Below are positions 53,712 through 63,632 of a stretch of 64,000 bases of DNA, in pieces. Numbering within the stretch: position 1 is the first letter of the stretch; each line of letters opens with the position of its first letter. The notes under the pieces are model-generated. The model was not told the DNA's origin. It made no database searches and saw nothing but the letters and a program-made list of their open reading frames with translations. Source of the stretch: an uncultured Gammaproteobacteria bacterium (GTDB lineage Bacteria > Pseudomonadota > Gammaproteobacteria > Steroidobacterales > Rariloculaceae); NCBI GenBank assembly GCA_964553875.1, contig CAZKNH010000005.1, positions 1,762 through 65,761 of the forward strand. Reading direction: 5' to 3'. Made by a program: the position numbers and the translations under genes.

Positions 53712-55346
53712 TTATGCGAGCCCCACGACGGCGAACAGACCGGGTCCTCGCACTTCGATGAGCACGGCGCCGAAGAACAACGCAACCAGGCCGATCAACG
53801 ACGTGCCGAACGCGATGACCTCGACGGCGCGACGGGCTCTTTGCTTGTGCGGAGCGACGTGGCTCACGGAACCGAGCACCGGCAGACCCACGACCTGCCG
53901 TAATACCGTCGTATTCGGAAAGACCGGATTCAACTGTGCGAGCAGCCAGCAGAGTGCCGCGCAAGCGCCCAGCGACGCGGCGAACACGCCGGCGAGCATC
54001 ACGAACCGGTTCGGGGCAACCGGTTCGAAGGCGGCATTGGGGGGATCGAGCAGCCTGAACTCGATCTCTTCCTCGTGGAAGGCCTTTGTCGACAGCTCCT
54101 GCGTCTCACGGCTCTGAACCAGGCTGCGATACTGATCGTAGATCACGCTGTAGTCGCGGTTCAGACGCGCCAGCTCTGCCTCGACGTCGGGCACCTCGTC
54201 GATCGCGGCCTGGAGCAGCTGAACCTTCTGGCGCCGAGCCTCGACGTCGGCCCGCCGCGCCGCAAGCTCGGCCTCCGTTTCGTTCAACGAAATGCGCAAT
54301 GCTTGGTAGACGGGATTGGTGTCGAGCGAAGACAGCTCCTGGTCCGTATTGGCGATCCCCATCGCCCGCAGCTGCTCGGCCCGCTGCTCCTCGAGCCGCT
54401 CCAACGTCTCGCGCACGTTGACGACGTCGGGATGCCGATCGGTGTACTGCAGCAACAGCGCATCGAGCTGCGCACGATAGTCGCGGATCCGCGCGTCCAG
54501 GCTGTTCGGAGGAGGCTCTCCGCGGCCGAGGCCGGACGGCATCACGGGCGTCTCGCTCTGAAGCTGGCTCAGCAGCTGATCACGCCGCGACTCCACCAGC
54601 TGCAAGGCCTTCTCGGCCTCCTCGAGCGCCTCCCTCTCGGCACGGAGGTTCTCGAAATAGCCTCCTTGCGTGCCCGGGAGCCGATGCGCGTGGCGTTTCT
54701 TGAAGTCCGCAAGCGCCTGCTCCGCCTGCTGAAGACGCTGCTCGTACTCGGCGATCCGCTCCTCGAGGAAGCGGCTCGCCGTGTCGGTGCTCTGCTGCTG
54801 CATGCTCGCGGTGCTTTGGACGAGCGAATCGAGCAGCGTCCTCACGACTCCGATGGCCGTCTCTCGATCCGGGTGACGGTAACCGATGCTGTACGCCGAG
54901 GGGTTGTTACGGTCCCGGTTCGATAGCCAAATGCTTTCCCGCAGCCGCGCCAGGACTCTCTCGAGTTGCTCCGGCGTCGTCGCTTCTGCGGTCAAACCGT
55001 TGACGCTCGCCACGTACTCGAGATGCTCCCGACTCAAGAGCGACTGACGAACGTAGTTGAGCTGCGCGGCGAGATCGACCGGCACGACGATCTGATTGCG
55101 AAGAAGCGGCCGGAGCACGGAGGACGCATCGATGTAGAAACGTGCGTGCGCTTCGTAAATGTTCGGCTGCGAAGCGACGAACACCCATCCGGCCGCGAAG
55201 CACGCCCAGGCGACGGCGACGCCCCACCAACGGAACCGCCACGCGCTGCGCAGCTCGTTGACGATGCGCGAGACTAAGTCAAGGATGGTTTGCTTCGCGA
55301 GCTCGCCCCGGGAACGATCGAGCAGGGTGTCCACGGGTACCTCCAC
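53712..55346 (-). CDS. polysaccharide chain-length determinant (PCP, EpsF-like)
   Basis: 544 aa. N-terminal TM WWGVAVAWACFAAGWVFVA, a long coiled-coil periplasmic region, and C-terminal TMs. Abuts the kinase gene with no gap. Confidence 0.8.
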   Translation of the reverse strand: MEVPVDTLLDRSRGELAKQTILDLVSRIVNELRSAWRFRWWGVAVAWACFAAGWVFVASQPNIYEAHARFYIDASSVLRPLLRNQIVVPVDLAAQLNYVRQSLLSREHLEYVASVNGLTAEATTPEQLERVLARLRESIWLSNRDRNNPSAYSIGYRHPDRETAIGVVRTLLDSLVQSTASMQQQSTDTASRFLEERIAEYEQRLQQAEQALADFKKRHAHRLPGTQGGYFENLRAEREALEEAEKALQLVESRRDQLLSQLQSETPVMPSGLGRGEPPPNSLDARIRDYRAQLDALLLQYTDRHPDVVNVRETLERLEEQRAEQLRAMGIANTDQELSSLDTNPVYQALRISLNETEAELAARRADVEARRQKVQLLQAAIDEVPDVEAELARLNRDYSVIYDQYRSLVQSRETQELSTKAFHEEEIEFRLLDPPNAAFEPVAPNRFVMLAGVFAASLGACAALCWLLAQLNPVFPNTTVLRQVVGLPVLGSVSHVAPHKQRARRAVEVIAFGTSLIGLVALFFGAVLIEVRGPGLFAVVGLA

Positions 55347-55356
55347 CGGTTGGCAT

Positions 55357-55986
55357 CTAGAACACGGCCTCGGGAATGATCAGCACGTCGCCGGGCTGCA
55401 TGAGAATGTTCTCGTCGATGTCGCCGCGCTTCACCAGATCGTCGAGCCGCACGCGAATCTGGCGAGTCTCGCCGTTGACCGTGCGCACGACCCGGGCTCT
55501 GTTGCCCGCCGCGAACTCGGTGAGCCCCCCCGCCTCGATCACGACGTCGAGCAGCGTCATCCGGTCGCGGTAGGGAATCGAGCGAGGCTGCACCGCCTGG
55601 CCAAGCACCCGGATTTGAGCACCGAAGCTGCCGACGAAATTCTGAACAATGACGTTGACCTGCGGGGAGCGGATGTATTCGGCGAGCCGGGCCTCGATCT
55701 CGCGCGCGATCTGCGACGGCGTCTTGTTGACTACCACCAGATCTTCGACGAGCGGCGTCGAGATCCGGCCATCGGGCCGGACGGGCACCGTCATCGACAA
55801 TTCGGGCTGTCGCCAGACGAAGATCTGCAGCGTATCGCCGGCACCGACGAGATACTCGCCCGTCTCGAATGCAGTCGCGGTCGACGGTCGTTCGATACCG
55901 GTCGGATTCCCTGAACATCCGGCGACGAGGATTGCGGGCCCCAACCACAGGATGAGACTCTTCCAGGAGGTCGTGAGGACTGACAT
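55357..55986 (-). CDS. outer-membrane polysaccharide export lipoprotein (OPX/Wza-like, EpsE-like)
   Basis: ATG at 55986 after GGGAGA. Lipobox ILVAGC. YLVGAGDTLQIFVW (PES motif) plus an SLBB-like region. Confidence 0.85.
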   Translation of the reverse strand: MSVLTTSWKSLILWLGPAILVAGCSGNPTGIERPSTATAFETGEYLVGAGDTLQIFVWRQPELSMTVPVRPDGRISTPLVEDLVVVNKTPSQIAREIEARLAEYIRSPQVNVIVQNFVGSFGAQIRVLGQAVQPRSIPYRDRMTLLDVVIEAGGLTEFAAGNRARVVRTVNGETRQIRVRLDDLVKRGDIDENILMQPGDVLIIPEAVF

Positions 55987-56023
55987 AAGTCTCCCGTATC
56001 GCAGCAAGCTTCTTCTTCTGCAG

Positions 56024-56062
56024 GGCTTCGCCACGCGCCTTTTAACGGCTTCGCCACGCGCC
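56024..56062. repeat. perfect 16-bp direct repeat GGCTTCGCCACGCGCC x2 (period 23 bp); candidate regulator-binding site
   Basis: Copies at 56024-56039 and 56047-56062, in the 223-nt gap between the prsK stop and the exporter ATG. A partial inverted copy (ccggcgtggcg) lies near 56080-56090. Confidence 0.3.
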
Positions 56063-56209
56063 GTTTTGGTTCACGCATTCCGGCGTGGCGGTCGGCCCTG
56101 CTCTACATAACCTGCGCGCAGATCAGCTCTACGCCGCCTACGTCATTGTCTGGGCACGGCACGCGCCTTGGCAGCTGACGCGTCACATTTTCGGCCTAGC
56201 GCCCGGGAA

Positions 56210-58282
56210 TCACAAGCAGCCCGCGGTCTCGCGCCGCGGGCTGCTTAGCGAGGCTTCGTCCTCGCCACGGGCGATAGGCAATCGCACGCAGAACTTGGTC
56301 CCGACGCCGGGCTCGCTGAACACTTCGACGTCGCCCCCGGCCGCTCGCACCGTGTCGCGAACCTGGTAGGCGCCGATTCCCATGCCCCGGTTACCTTTCG
56401 TGGTATCGAACGGCCGGAAGAGACGGTTGCGGATGAAGTACTGATCCATACCCTTGCCGGTATCCTCGACGCTCACGACCAGCTCGCCGTCGACGAGCTC
56501 GAGATCGATGACGATGCGGCCGTCGGCGGAAGTCGCATCCTGGGCGTTCCGCACCAGGTGGGTCAGGATGTTGAAGAGCTTCTCCCGGTCCATGCATACC
56601 CAGATCGGCGGGCCTCCGACCTTGATCTCCGGAACGGGCTCGCGGTCGGCGCAGTGGGAGCGAACCTCCATCAGAATCTTCGATACGTCGGCCCGGCCGC
56701 TGCTGACCTCACTGCCGACGCGGCTACTCAGCTGCTCGAGCACCCGCTTCATCCTCTCGACACCGGACTTCACCGTCTCGATCGCGTCATCGATGAACTC
56801 CGGCCGGTGACGGAACCTCTGTGCGTTCGCGATGACCAGCTCCTGCTGCGCGACGACGTTCTTCAGGTCGTGCATGAGAAACATCGACAACTTGTTCATC
56901 GCCTCGAACTGCCGCGTCTCGGCGAGCCGCTCCTGGGCCAGAGCCTGTGCGAGCACGACGGCGACCTGACGCCCGGCAGTTTTGAGCAGATCATGGTCCT
57001 CGAAGTTCAATGATTGCAGTGCCCGGGGCTTTTCGATCACCGCGAAGCCCTGCAGGTACCCCTGGCAGTCGAGCGGGACGATGATGGAACCGGCCGGCAA
57101 GAGCCCATTCTGCGGCGGGCCAAAGGCCGTCTGGTAAAGATCCGGATCGAGGGCGTACTGCTCGCTGTCGATGACCCAACCGGTCGAAGCGAGGAACGAC
57201 ACGATCGGGTGCTCGCGGCCGAAACGCGTTTCGCGCGACAGACGGCGATCGAGCGTGGCCATGCATTCGTAGCGGTGCGGCTCGCAGGCGAGCCACAGCT
57301 CGCCCTGCTGGCTACCGACGATTCGGGCGAGGCCTTCGAGCGCGTTCTTCGTGAGCTCCGGCAGGTCGCCGCTGCGGCCGAGGATCTGGGTCAAGCGCAG
57401 CCATTCGTAGCGGTAATCGTACTTGTTCCTGTAGAAGTGCTTGACCAGGAAGACCCGGGCACGCATCCGGATCTCGGTGGAGAAGAGGCCCCACGCCAGT
57501 ATCGCAAACGCCGCAACCAGGAACGCGAGCTCGAAAGCCAGGCTCCACTCCCCGCCGAACGCGCGGATCAGCGAGACGACGACCCCCATGACGAACAGGT
57601 AGACGGCGACACCGAGCAGGCTCGCCGTGTAGAACACGACGTGGCGGGAGACGTAGAGGTGCTGCTTCCACTCGGGCTGCCGCTTCACCGCGAGCAGGAT
57701 CGGCGGCACGAGCGCTGCGTTCACGAGGCCGCGCACCTCCCACGGCACGAGCACCAGCTCTTTGAGGAACGCCGCCTGCGAATAGACGAACAAATCGACG
57801 ACGAAAATGCCGGCCACGGCGAGGCAGAGCAGCTGCAGCGACCGACGACTGTCCCGCGGCGCGTTGCGATAGACCTGCTCGACCCCCAGGAATCCGATCA
57901 ACGCCATCACGACGAGCATCGGATAGACCGTCTCGCTCATACCCGGCAGCCAGGCGGCCGCGATCGTCGCGAGCACGATCCAGCCGCCGGCGCAGGCCGA
58001 GAGCCCGAGCAGCCAGTACTTCGACGGCGAAGAGAGCCAGGACAGGACGTACAGCGTCCATAAGAAAGTATGGGCGGCATCGAGCCCGCCGATGGCGCGG
58101 GGCGAGGGCCCCACGGCGAGCTGCAAGACGACGAGGGCCGCCGCCCACAAGGCCGACAGCGACACGACGATGGTGATCAGCGAGGCCCTCCGGCTGCCGG
58201 GCTGGCTCACCGCCAGCACGGCCGCCGCCGCTCCCAAGGCGAGCGCCGCGATCCCGTAGCTTGCTACTCCGAACCAGAGCAT
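56210..58282 (-). CDS. prsK: PEP-CTERM-system-type sensor histidine kinase
   Basis: 690 aa. About 300-aa polytopic N-terminal domain, a central GAF-like region, H-box FLMHDLKN, and HATPase GMGIGAYQVRD...GVGTKF. Confidence 0.8.
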   Translation of the reverse strand: MLWFGVASYGIAALALGAAAAVLAVSQPGSRRASLITIVVSLSALWAAALVVLQLAVGPSPRAIGGLDAAHTFLWTLYVLSWLSSPSKYWLLGLSACAGGWIVLATIAAAWLPGMSETVYPMLVVMALIGFLGVEQVYRNAPRDSRRSLQLLCLAVAGIFVVDLFVYSQAAFLKELVLVPWEVRGLVNAALVPPILLAVKRQPEWKQHLYVSRHVVFYTASLLGVAVYLFVMGVVVSLIRAFGGEWSLAFELAFLVAAFAILAWGLFSTEIRMRARVFLVKHFYRNKYDYRYEWLRLTQILGRSGDLPELTKNALEGLARIVGSQQGELWLACEPHRYECMATLDRRLSRETRFGREHPIVSFLASTGWVIDSEQYALDPDLYQTAFGPPQNGLLPAGSIIVPLDCQGYLQGFAVIEKPRALQSLNFEDHDLLKTAGRQVAVVLAQALAQERLAETRQFEAMNKLSMFLMHDLKNVVAQQELVIANAQRFRHRPEFIDDAIETVKSGVERMKRVLEQLSSRVGSEVSSGRADVSKILMEVRSHCADREPVPEIKVGGPPIWVCMDREKLFNILTHLVRNAQDATSADGRIVIDLELVDGELVVSVEDTGKGMDQYFIRNRLFRPFDTTKGNRGMGIGAYQVRDTVRAAGGDVEVFSEPGVGTKFCVRLPIARGEDEASLSSPRRETAGCL

Positions 58283-58343
58283 CGAACGCCCCCCCGAGTA
58301 CCCCCCAGAGGCAGTCTAGCGTAGGGACCGCCGGCGACGGCGA

Positions 58344-59729
58344 TTACCGGGCGCCCTTCCCCCAAAGCACGACCTCGGCCGTCTGCAGCAGCACGATCAG
58401 GTCGAAAATCACGCTCTTGTGCTTGATGTAGTAGAGATCGTATTGGAGCTTCTCCATCGCATCCTGCTCGGACGAGCCGTACGGATAGCACAGCTGCGCC
58501 CAGCCGGTGATTCCGGGCTTCACGGCGTGGCGCTCGTGGTAGTAAGGAATCGTCTGCGACAGTCGCTCGACGAACTCGGGGCGTTCGGGCCTCGGTCCGA
58601 CCAAAGCCATGTCGCCGCGAAACACGTTGAAGAGCTGCGGCAGCTCGTCCAGGCGAAGCTTGCGTATCACCGCGCCCACGCGCGTGATGCGGTCGTCGCG
58701 CGAGCCGGCCCACCGAGGCTTACCGTCCGCCTCGGCGTCCTTGATCATGCTGCGGAACTTGTAAAGCGTGAATATCTTGCCGCGATAGCCCACGCGGCGC
58801 TGACGATAGAACACCGGGGCCCCATCCTCGAGCAGGATGGCGAGCGCGCAGACGCACATTACCGGCGCCGCCAGTATCAGCAAGGCCGTCGCGGCGACGA
58901 GGTCGAGCACGCGCGAGCCGAACTGCGACCGCACGCTCGCCTCGAAGCCCTCCGCGAAGATCAGCCAGGAAGGATGCACGAGGTCGACCTTGACCTTGCC
59001 CGTCTCTCGCTCGAGAAAGGACAGCAGGTCGATCACGGCGATGCCTGCGAACTTGCACTCGAGCAGATCGCGGATCGGAAAACCGCGCCGGCGGTCGTCG
59101 ACCGCAACCACGATCTCGTCGATATTCTGCGCCTTCGCGTAGGCCGCAAGAGACCCTTCGAGCTTCGTCACGCGCTCGTCGTCGATGACCCTGTCGTCGC
59201 CCTCGGCCGGTATGAAGGCGCGGATGTTGAATCCGCGGCGATCGCTTCTTCGGCGCAGCTTCAACAGGCTCGCCGCTCGCGTGCCCGCGCCGTAGACGAG
59301 CACCTCGCGCCGGAAGACGGCGTTGTCGACCCACCGCCAGCAGAGCGTCCGCGTCGCCGCGAGGAGCCCGAGGCTGAACGCGAAGCTCCACCCCCAGAGC
59401 GCGCCGGAAATGCCTACCGAAAAGAAGAAATCGACCAGCGCGAGGAACACCGCGGCAAGCAACAGGCCCACGAGGATGCGGGCGAGCACGCCCTCTATGC
59501 GCAACCTTTGTTTTGCCTGGTACAGGCCGACGGAAGTCACGCCCACGACGACCGCCAGGCTGAAGACGACCGCTGCAAATACGAGCGTTCCCATCGGAAG
59601 GGCGACGTCCTCGGTGGCGTTCATCAGGATCAGGAACGCCGATGCCGCGAACGCAAGCCCTGCGGCCCCGAACTCGACCGCGGCGAGCAATACGATCGGC
59701 GGGTGAATGTGATGGCCGAACACCTTCAT
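58344..59729 (-). CDS. undecaprenyl-phosphate sugar phosphotransferase (priming enzyme, PEP-CTERM EpsB-type)
   Basis: Start MKVFGHHIHPPIVLL at 59729. N-terminal TMs. C-terminal FYRQRRVGYRGKIFTLYKFRSM...DELPQLFNVFRGDMALVGPRPE. Confidence 0.85.
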   Translation of the reverse strand: MKVFGHHIHPPIVLLAAVEFGAAGLAFAASAFLILMNATEDVALPMGTLVFAAVVFSLAVVVGVTSVGLYQAKQRLRIEGVLARILVGLLLAAVFLALVDFFFSVGISGALWGWSFAFSLGLLAATRTLCWRWVDNAVFRREVLVYGAGTRAASLLKLRRRSDRRGFNIRAFIPAEGDDRVIDDERVTKLEGSLAAYAKAQNIDEIVVAVDDRRRGFPIRDLLECKFAGIAVIDLLSFLERETGKVKVDLVHPSWLIFAEGFEASVRSQFGSRVLDLVAATALLILAAPVMCVCALAILLEDGAPVFYRQRRVGYRGKIFTLYKFRSMIKDAEADGKPRWAGSRDDRITRVGAVIRKLRLDELPQLFNVFRGDMALVGPRPERPEFVERLSQTIPYYHERHAVKPGITGWAQLCYPYGSSEQDAMEKLQYDLYYIKHKSVIFDLIVLLQTAEVVLWGKGAR

Positions 59730-60284
59730 GGGTCGTACCCGGACCGCAGGAACCCGCAACGCTTATGCCGACGGACGCAGAGGCGAGCGCTCGAGCGCGA
59801 TCCGTCGTTCAACAAAGTGAATGTCCACCCCAAGCGAGAGCCCCATGCGGCGCTCCCTGCGGGCGACGTCGCCGACTTCCCCATCGCTCCCCGGCGCGGC
59901 AAGGGGCTCGGCTCGGTGATCGCAATATAGCGGATCGTCCCCCGCTTCAGAAGCTTCGAACCGTGACGCTGCGCTCATGTCGCGCACGGCACATCGCTGC
60001 TCGGGCCCGTGAGACGGCCACGCACGGCGAGATCCACGTCAGCAGCACCAACCACCCTACCCGAATCCCTTCCCGGCGCCGGAAAGCACCGATGGGAAGA
60101 AAGGCTACTCCAAGTAGCCGTTCGAGGATGGGAGACGCGACACAAACCCGAAAGCGTCCGTGAAGCGGCGGCGGCGCGGTGCCGCCGATGCCGATGCCCC
60201 TCCACATCGGCAGTGCGGACTGGCCGGTCAGAAGCTCACCCGAGAAGTCCCCTCGGCAACCCGGTCACGGCTAAAGCGAGGACG

Positions 60285-61640
60285 CTACTTCACGAGTGCC
60301 GCATCGCGCGACACCGATTCCCCCCGCCCGATAGCGTAGTAACGAATCTGCCGGTCCCTCATCATCTTCGGATCGTACAGATTGCGTCCGTCGAAGATGA
60401 CCGGCTCTCGCAGCAAGCTCTTGATTGTGTCGAAGTTCGGGCTTCGGAACTCGCGCCATTCGGTCACGATCGCGAGCGCATCCGAGTCCTCGAGGGCCTC
60501 CTCCGCGCTCGAGCACAGCACGAGGTCGCTCCGGTCACCGTAGATCCGGCGGGTCTCGGACGACGCGACGGGATCGTAAGCCTTCACGCGCGCGCCGGCT
60601 TCCCAGAGGGCCTCCATGAGCACACGGCTCGACGCCTCGCGCATATCGTCGGTGTTCGGCTTGAAAGCCAGCCCCCAAAGCGCGATGCATTTCCCGGCGA
60701 GATCCCCGCGGTAGTAGGCGTTGATCTTCTGGAACAAGACCTGCTTCTGGCGCTGATTGACGTGATCGACGGCGCTCAGGATGTCGGTGTTGCAGCCGAC
60801 GCTCGCGGCGGAAGCGATCAGGGCCCTCACATCCTTCGGAAAGCACGATCCGCCGTAACCGCAGCCGGGATAAATGAACTCGTAGCCGATGCGCGGATCG
60901 GAACCGATGCCGCGGCGCACATGCTCGATGTCCGCTCCAAGGAGCTCCGCCATGTTCGCAAGCTCGTTCATGAAGCTGATCTTCGTCGCGAGCATCGCAT
61001 TCGCCGCATACTTCGTGAGCTCGGCCGAGCGAATATCCATCACGAGCATGCGGTCGTGATTGCGATTGAACGGCTCGTAGAGGCTGCGGAGCAGCTCGGC
61101 CGTGCGCGGGTTGTCGGTGCCTACGATGATGCGATCGGGCCGCATGAAGTCTTCGACCGCGGCGCCTTCCTTCAAGAATTCGGGATTGGAGACGACATCG
61201 AACTCGACGGACACGCCGCGCCGATCGAGCACGGATTGCACCTCCGCCTTGACCTTGTCCGCGGTGCCGACTGGGACGGTGGACTTGGTCACCACGACTC
61301 GGTAGTCCTGGAGGTGCTCGCCGATCGACCTCGCGACCGCGAGCACGGATTTGAGGTCGGCGGAGCCGTCGCCGTCGGCCGGCGTGCCGACCGCGATGAA
61401 CTGGAACACGCCGTGCTCGACACCGGCGGCAGGATCGGTCGTGAAGCTGAGCCGGCCTGCCTGACGGGCTCTGTTGATCACGTCGTCGAGCCCCGGCTCG
61501 TAGATCGGGATTTCGCCCCGATTCAATCTCTCGACCTTCGCCTCGTCGATGTCGACGCAGACCACGTGGTTGCCCACGTCTGCGAAGCACGCGCCGGTGA
61601 CCAGACCAACGTAGCCAGAACCGAAAACCGTAACTCGCAT
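60285..61640 (-). CDS. ugd: UDP-glucose 6-dehydrogenase
   Basis: Start [20 protein letters not shown] at 61640. Has [31 protein letters not shown]. Confidence 0.9.
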   Translation of the reverse strand: MRVTVFGSGYVGLVTGACFADVGNHVVCVDIDEAKVERLNRGEIPIYEPGLDDVINRARQAGRLSFTTDPAAGVEHGVFQFIAVGTPADGDGSADLKSVLAVARSIGEHLQDYRVVVTKSTVPVGTADKVKAEVQSVLDRRGVSVEFDVVSNPEFLKEGAAVEDFMRPDRIIVGTDNPRTAELLRSLYEPFNRNHDRMLVMDIRSAELTKYAANAMLATKISFMNELANMAELLGADIEHVRRGIGSDPRIGYEFIYPGCGYGGSCFPKDVRALIASAASVGCNTDILSAVDHVNQRQKQVLFQKINAYYRGDLAGKCIALWGLAFKPNTDDMREASSRVLMEALWEAGARVKAYDPVASSETRRIYGDRSDLVLCSSAEEALEDSDALAIVTEWREFRSPNFDTIKSLLREPVIFDGRNLYDPKMMRDRQIRYYAIGRGESVSRDAALVK

Positions 61641-61811
61641 CACTAATGTCCGTTCATGGAAGCCTGGGGCTAGGCTACTACACAACTTCTCGCTAATCAG
61701 GGATACCAAGCACCCACGAGATCCGAACGTGGGAGATCGATAACCCGTGCAGGCCGCGCCCGCCAGGGGGTTGCAGGATGACGGCCGCGCCCGGAGAATA
61801 GGCCCCGAGTC

Positions 61812-61886
61812 GGGCGATTAGCTCAGCGGGAGAGCGCTCCCTTCACACGGGAGAGGTCGCTGGTTCAATCCCAGCATCGCCCACCA
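61812..61886 (+). tRNA. tRNA-Val (anticodon CAC), CCA encoded
   Basis: Folded by hand: acceptor gggcgat/atcgccc, D arm gctc-agcggga-gagc, anticodon arm ctccc-ttCACac-gggag, variable aggtc, T arm gctgg-ttcaatc-ccagc, discriminator A, CCA at 61884-61886. Confidence 0.9.
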
Positions 61887-61928
61887 CCCGCTCACCATAG
61901 TGCACACGGCGCCTCTCGGCGCATCTCA

Positions 61929-62627
61929 TCACTGAATCGACTTGATCGCTTCGTTCGAATACTCACTCTCGAGTCCGTTCGAATCAAGCGCGGTCACCGC
62001 GAAATACCAGGTCGCAGGCGTCAGGTTGTCCACGACGTAGCTCGCGACGTTCTTCCCGACTTCCCGCGAATGGGAGTAGCTTCGCGAGGCTTTCCCCCAG
62101 TAGATCCGAAACCCGGCCAGATCGACCGAAGAGCCATCCGTCTTCTGTGTCGGGGGAATCCAGGTCAAGGTCGCCACTCCGCTCGCCGTGTACACGACGT
62201 TGATCGCGAACGGCGGCAGGCTCGTATGCGCCGCGCCGTCGGTGACGCCGATCCGAATTCCCATGTAAGCGCCTGCATCCTGCTCGCCCGGCACGCCGCT
62301 GATCCGGCCCGTCTGCCGGTCGAACGACGCCCAGGCCGGCAAGTTCTCTATAGTGAAGGTGAGCACGTCTCCGTCAGGGTCCGCGGCCGTCGGCGTGAAA
62401 TCCAGCGAATCGCCGACGAGGACCTGAGACGGCGGATTCCCGCTGATCGTCGGCGGCGAGTTCGTCGTGCCGGAAGGCGGCGGCTGAGACGATGCGGCCT
62501 GGCTTCCGCCTCCATCGTCCCCGCCGCACGCGCAGAGGCCCGCACTCACGACGAGCAGCGCGATCGACCTGCGCAAGCTCGGCGCGTCGACTCCCTTCCA
62601 ACGAATTCCTGGCAACCCCGCTGTCAT
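61929..62627 (-). CDS. lipoprotein with Ig-like (cadherin/He_PIG-type) and fibronectin-III-like domains
   Basis: 232 aa. LLVVSAGLCACGG (lipobox-like), DPDGDVLTF (Ig-like repeat), TLTWIPP...FRIYWG...YFAVTALD (FN3 pattern). Confidence 0.6.
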   Translation of the reverse strand: MTAGLPGIRWKGVDAPSLRRSIALLVVSAGLCACGGDDGGGSQAASSQPPPSGTTNSPPTISGNPPSQVLVGDSLDFTPTAADPDGDVLTFTIENLPAWASFDRQTGRISGVPGEQDAGAYMGIRIGVTDGAAHTSLPPFAINVVYTASGVATLTWIPPTQKTDGSSVDLAGFRIYWGKASRSYSHSREVGKNVASYVVDNLTPATWYFAVTALDSNGLESEYSNEAIKSIQ

Positions 62628-62787
62628 AGGCCATCCCCGTAGACCGGTAGCTTTGCGTGTTCGCCTTTCGGTCGAACTTGCCCTTTTCAGGTCAACGATT
62701 TGAAGCTGGTATCGATACCGCGACCGTGCTATTCCTCCCTAGCAACCATTCGGCACCCTCGCACAGCGGACTCGCCGTGCGGCACAC

Positions 62788-63459
62788 CTAACCCCGTTGC
62801 ACCTCCGCGAGCTCCTGCACGAGCCGTGCCCAACCGTCGGCCTGCTCCTGCGCGTACTCGAACCACTCCGTGCCGCCAGTCGTCAGCGCACGCTTGCGGA
62901 CGCGCTCACGATCCTTCTCGGCCCGCAGCCGCGCGCGGGCAACCGGCGTGAGCTGTGACGGCAAGAGGTGATCGTAAGGTTTGCCGGCGAGGTAGAGATC
63001 GATGACCGCTTCGAAGATGGCCTTGCTGAGACCGTACTGCTCGGCGATTCCGAGCAGGCGGCGCTGCAGGTCGGGATCATCGCCGAAGCGCGCCACCGGT
63101 TTGTGCACGAGCACCGGCAGAACCTCGGAACGTTCCGAGAATCGTACGTTGCGAGCGATGTATGCGTAGTCCTCCCACGTGCGGGCGGACTTGCCGAACA
63201 GGCGGCTCGCGGTCGCGTAAACTCCGTCTCCGTACTTGTGGTCTCCGAACGCAAGCCAATCCGCAACTACCCACTCCCAGGCATAGTCCATCTGCTGCAG
63301 AAGCTTGCCGAACTCGTACCACGTTCGCTGGTCGACCCAGTCTTCGATCTCGACGCCGACAGCATGCAACGTGAACCCCCGAAGAATCGGTCTGTTACGC
63401 GCTGGGCGGCCCTGGGCTGACCCGTGAATGACGGTAAGGCTGCCTTGGTCGACGCGCAT
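62788..63459 (-). CDS. hypothetical protein
   Basis: 223-aa ORF with coding-like composition and an AT-rich upstream region. I recognise no family. Confidence 0.5.
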   Translation of the reverse strand: MRVDQGSLTVIHGSAQGRPARNRPILRGFTLHAVGVEIEDWVDQRTWYEFGKLLQQMDYAWEWVVADWLAFGDHKYGDGVYATASRLFGKSARTWEDYAYIARNVRFSERSEVLPVLVHKPVARFGDDPDLQRRLLGIAEQYGLSKAIFEAVIDLYLAGKPYDHLLPSQLTPVARARLRAEKDRERVRKRALTTGGTEWFEYAQEQADGWARLVQELAEVQRG

Positions 63460-63632
63460 TATACCGCTCCCTATTGGGATGCTTCCACGTTGTTAATGTC
63501 TTAAACCACGATGCGATCAAGGGAAATTGTAGCGGGCGTATCCGCCGCGCGTGGGGAACCAGTTCACGAGTGGGCCCGGGAAACGGGCCCAGGCAGCGCG
63601 AGGCGCAGGGCAGAACATGGAGGGACCGTGCG

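Noticed and set aside
55987-56209. Sigma-54 promoter upstream of the exporter gene (minus strand TGGCGAAGCCCTGCA)
   Set aside because: The GG and GC elements are separated by 9 nt rather than the required 10, and the -12 region lacks TTGC. I do not call it.
60190-60211. Hairpin gccgatg-N8-catcggc downstream of ugd as a terminator, and a TATATT -10-like box (complement of 59924-59929) as the promoter of the priming transferase
   Set aside because: The stem is short (7 bp) with no T-run, and the promoter candidate has a poor -35 (TTCTGA). Both are too weak to report as features.
63460-63632. Remnant of a manC cupin/PMI domain downstream of the manC stop
   Set aside because: The three-frame translation gave only a vague resemblance (..VNWFPTRGGYARY.. 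versus the expected ..RPWG-Y..). That is insufficient to call a pseudogene fragment.
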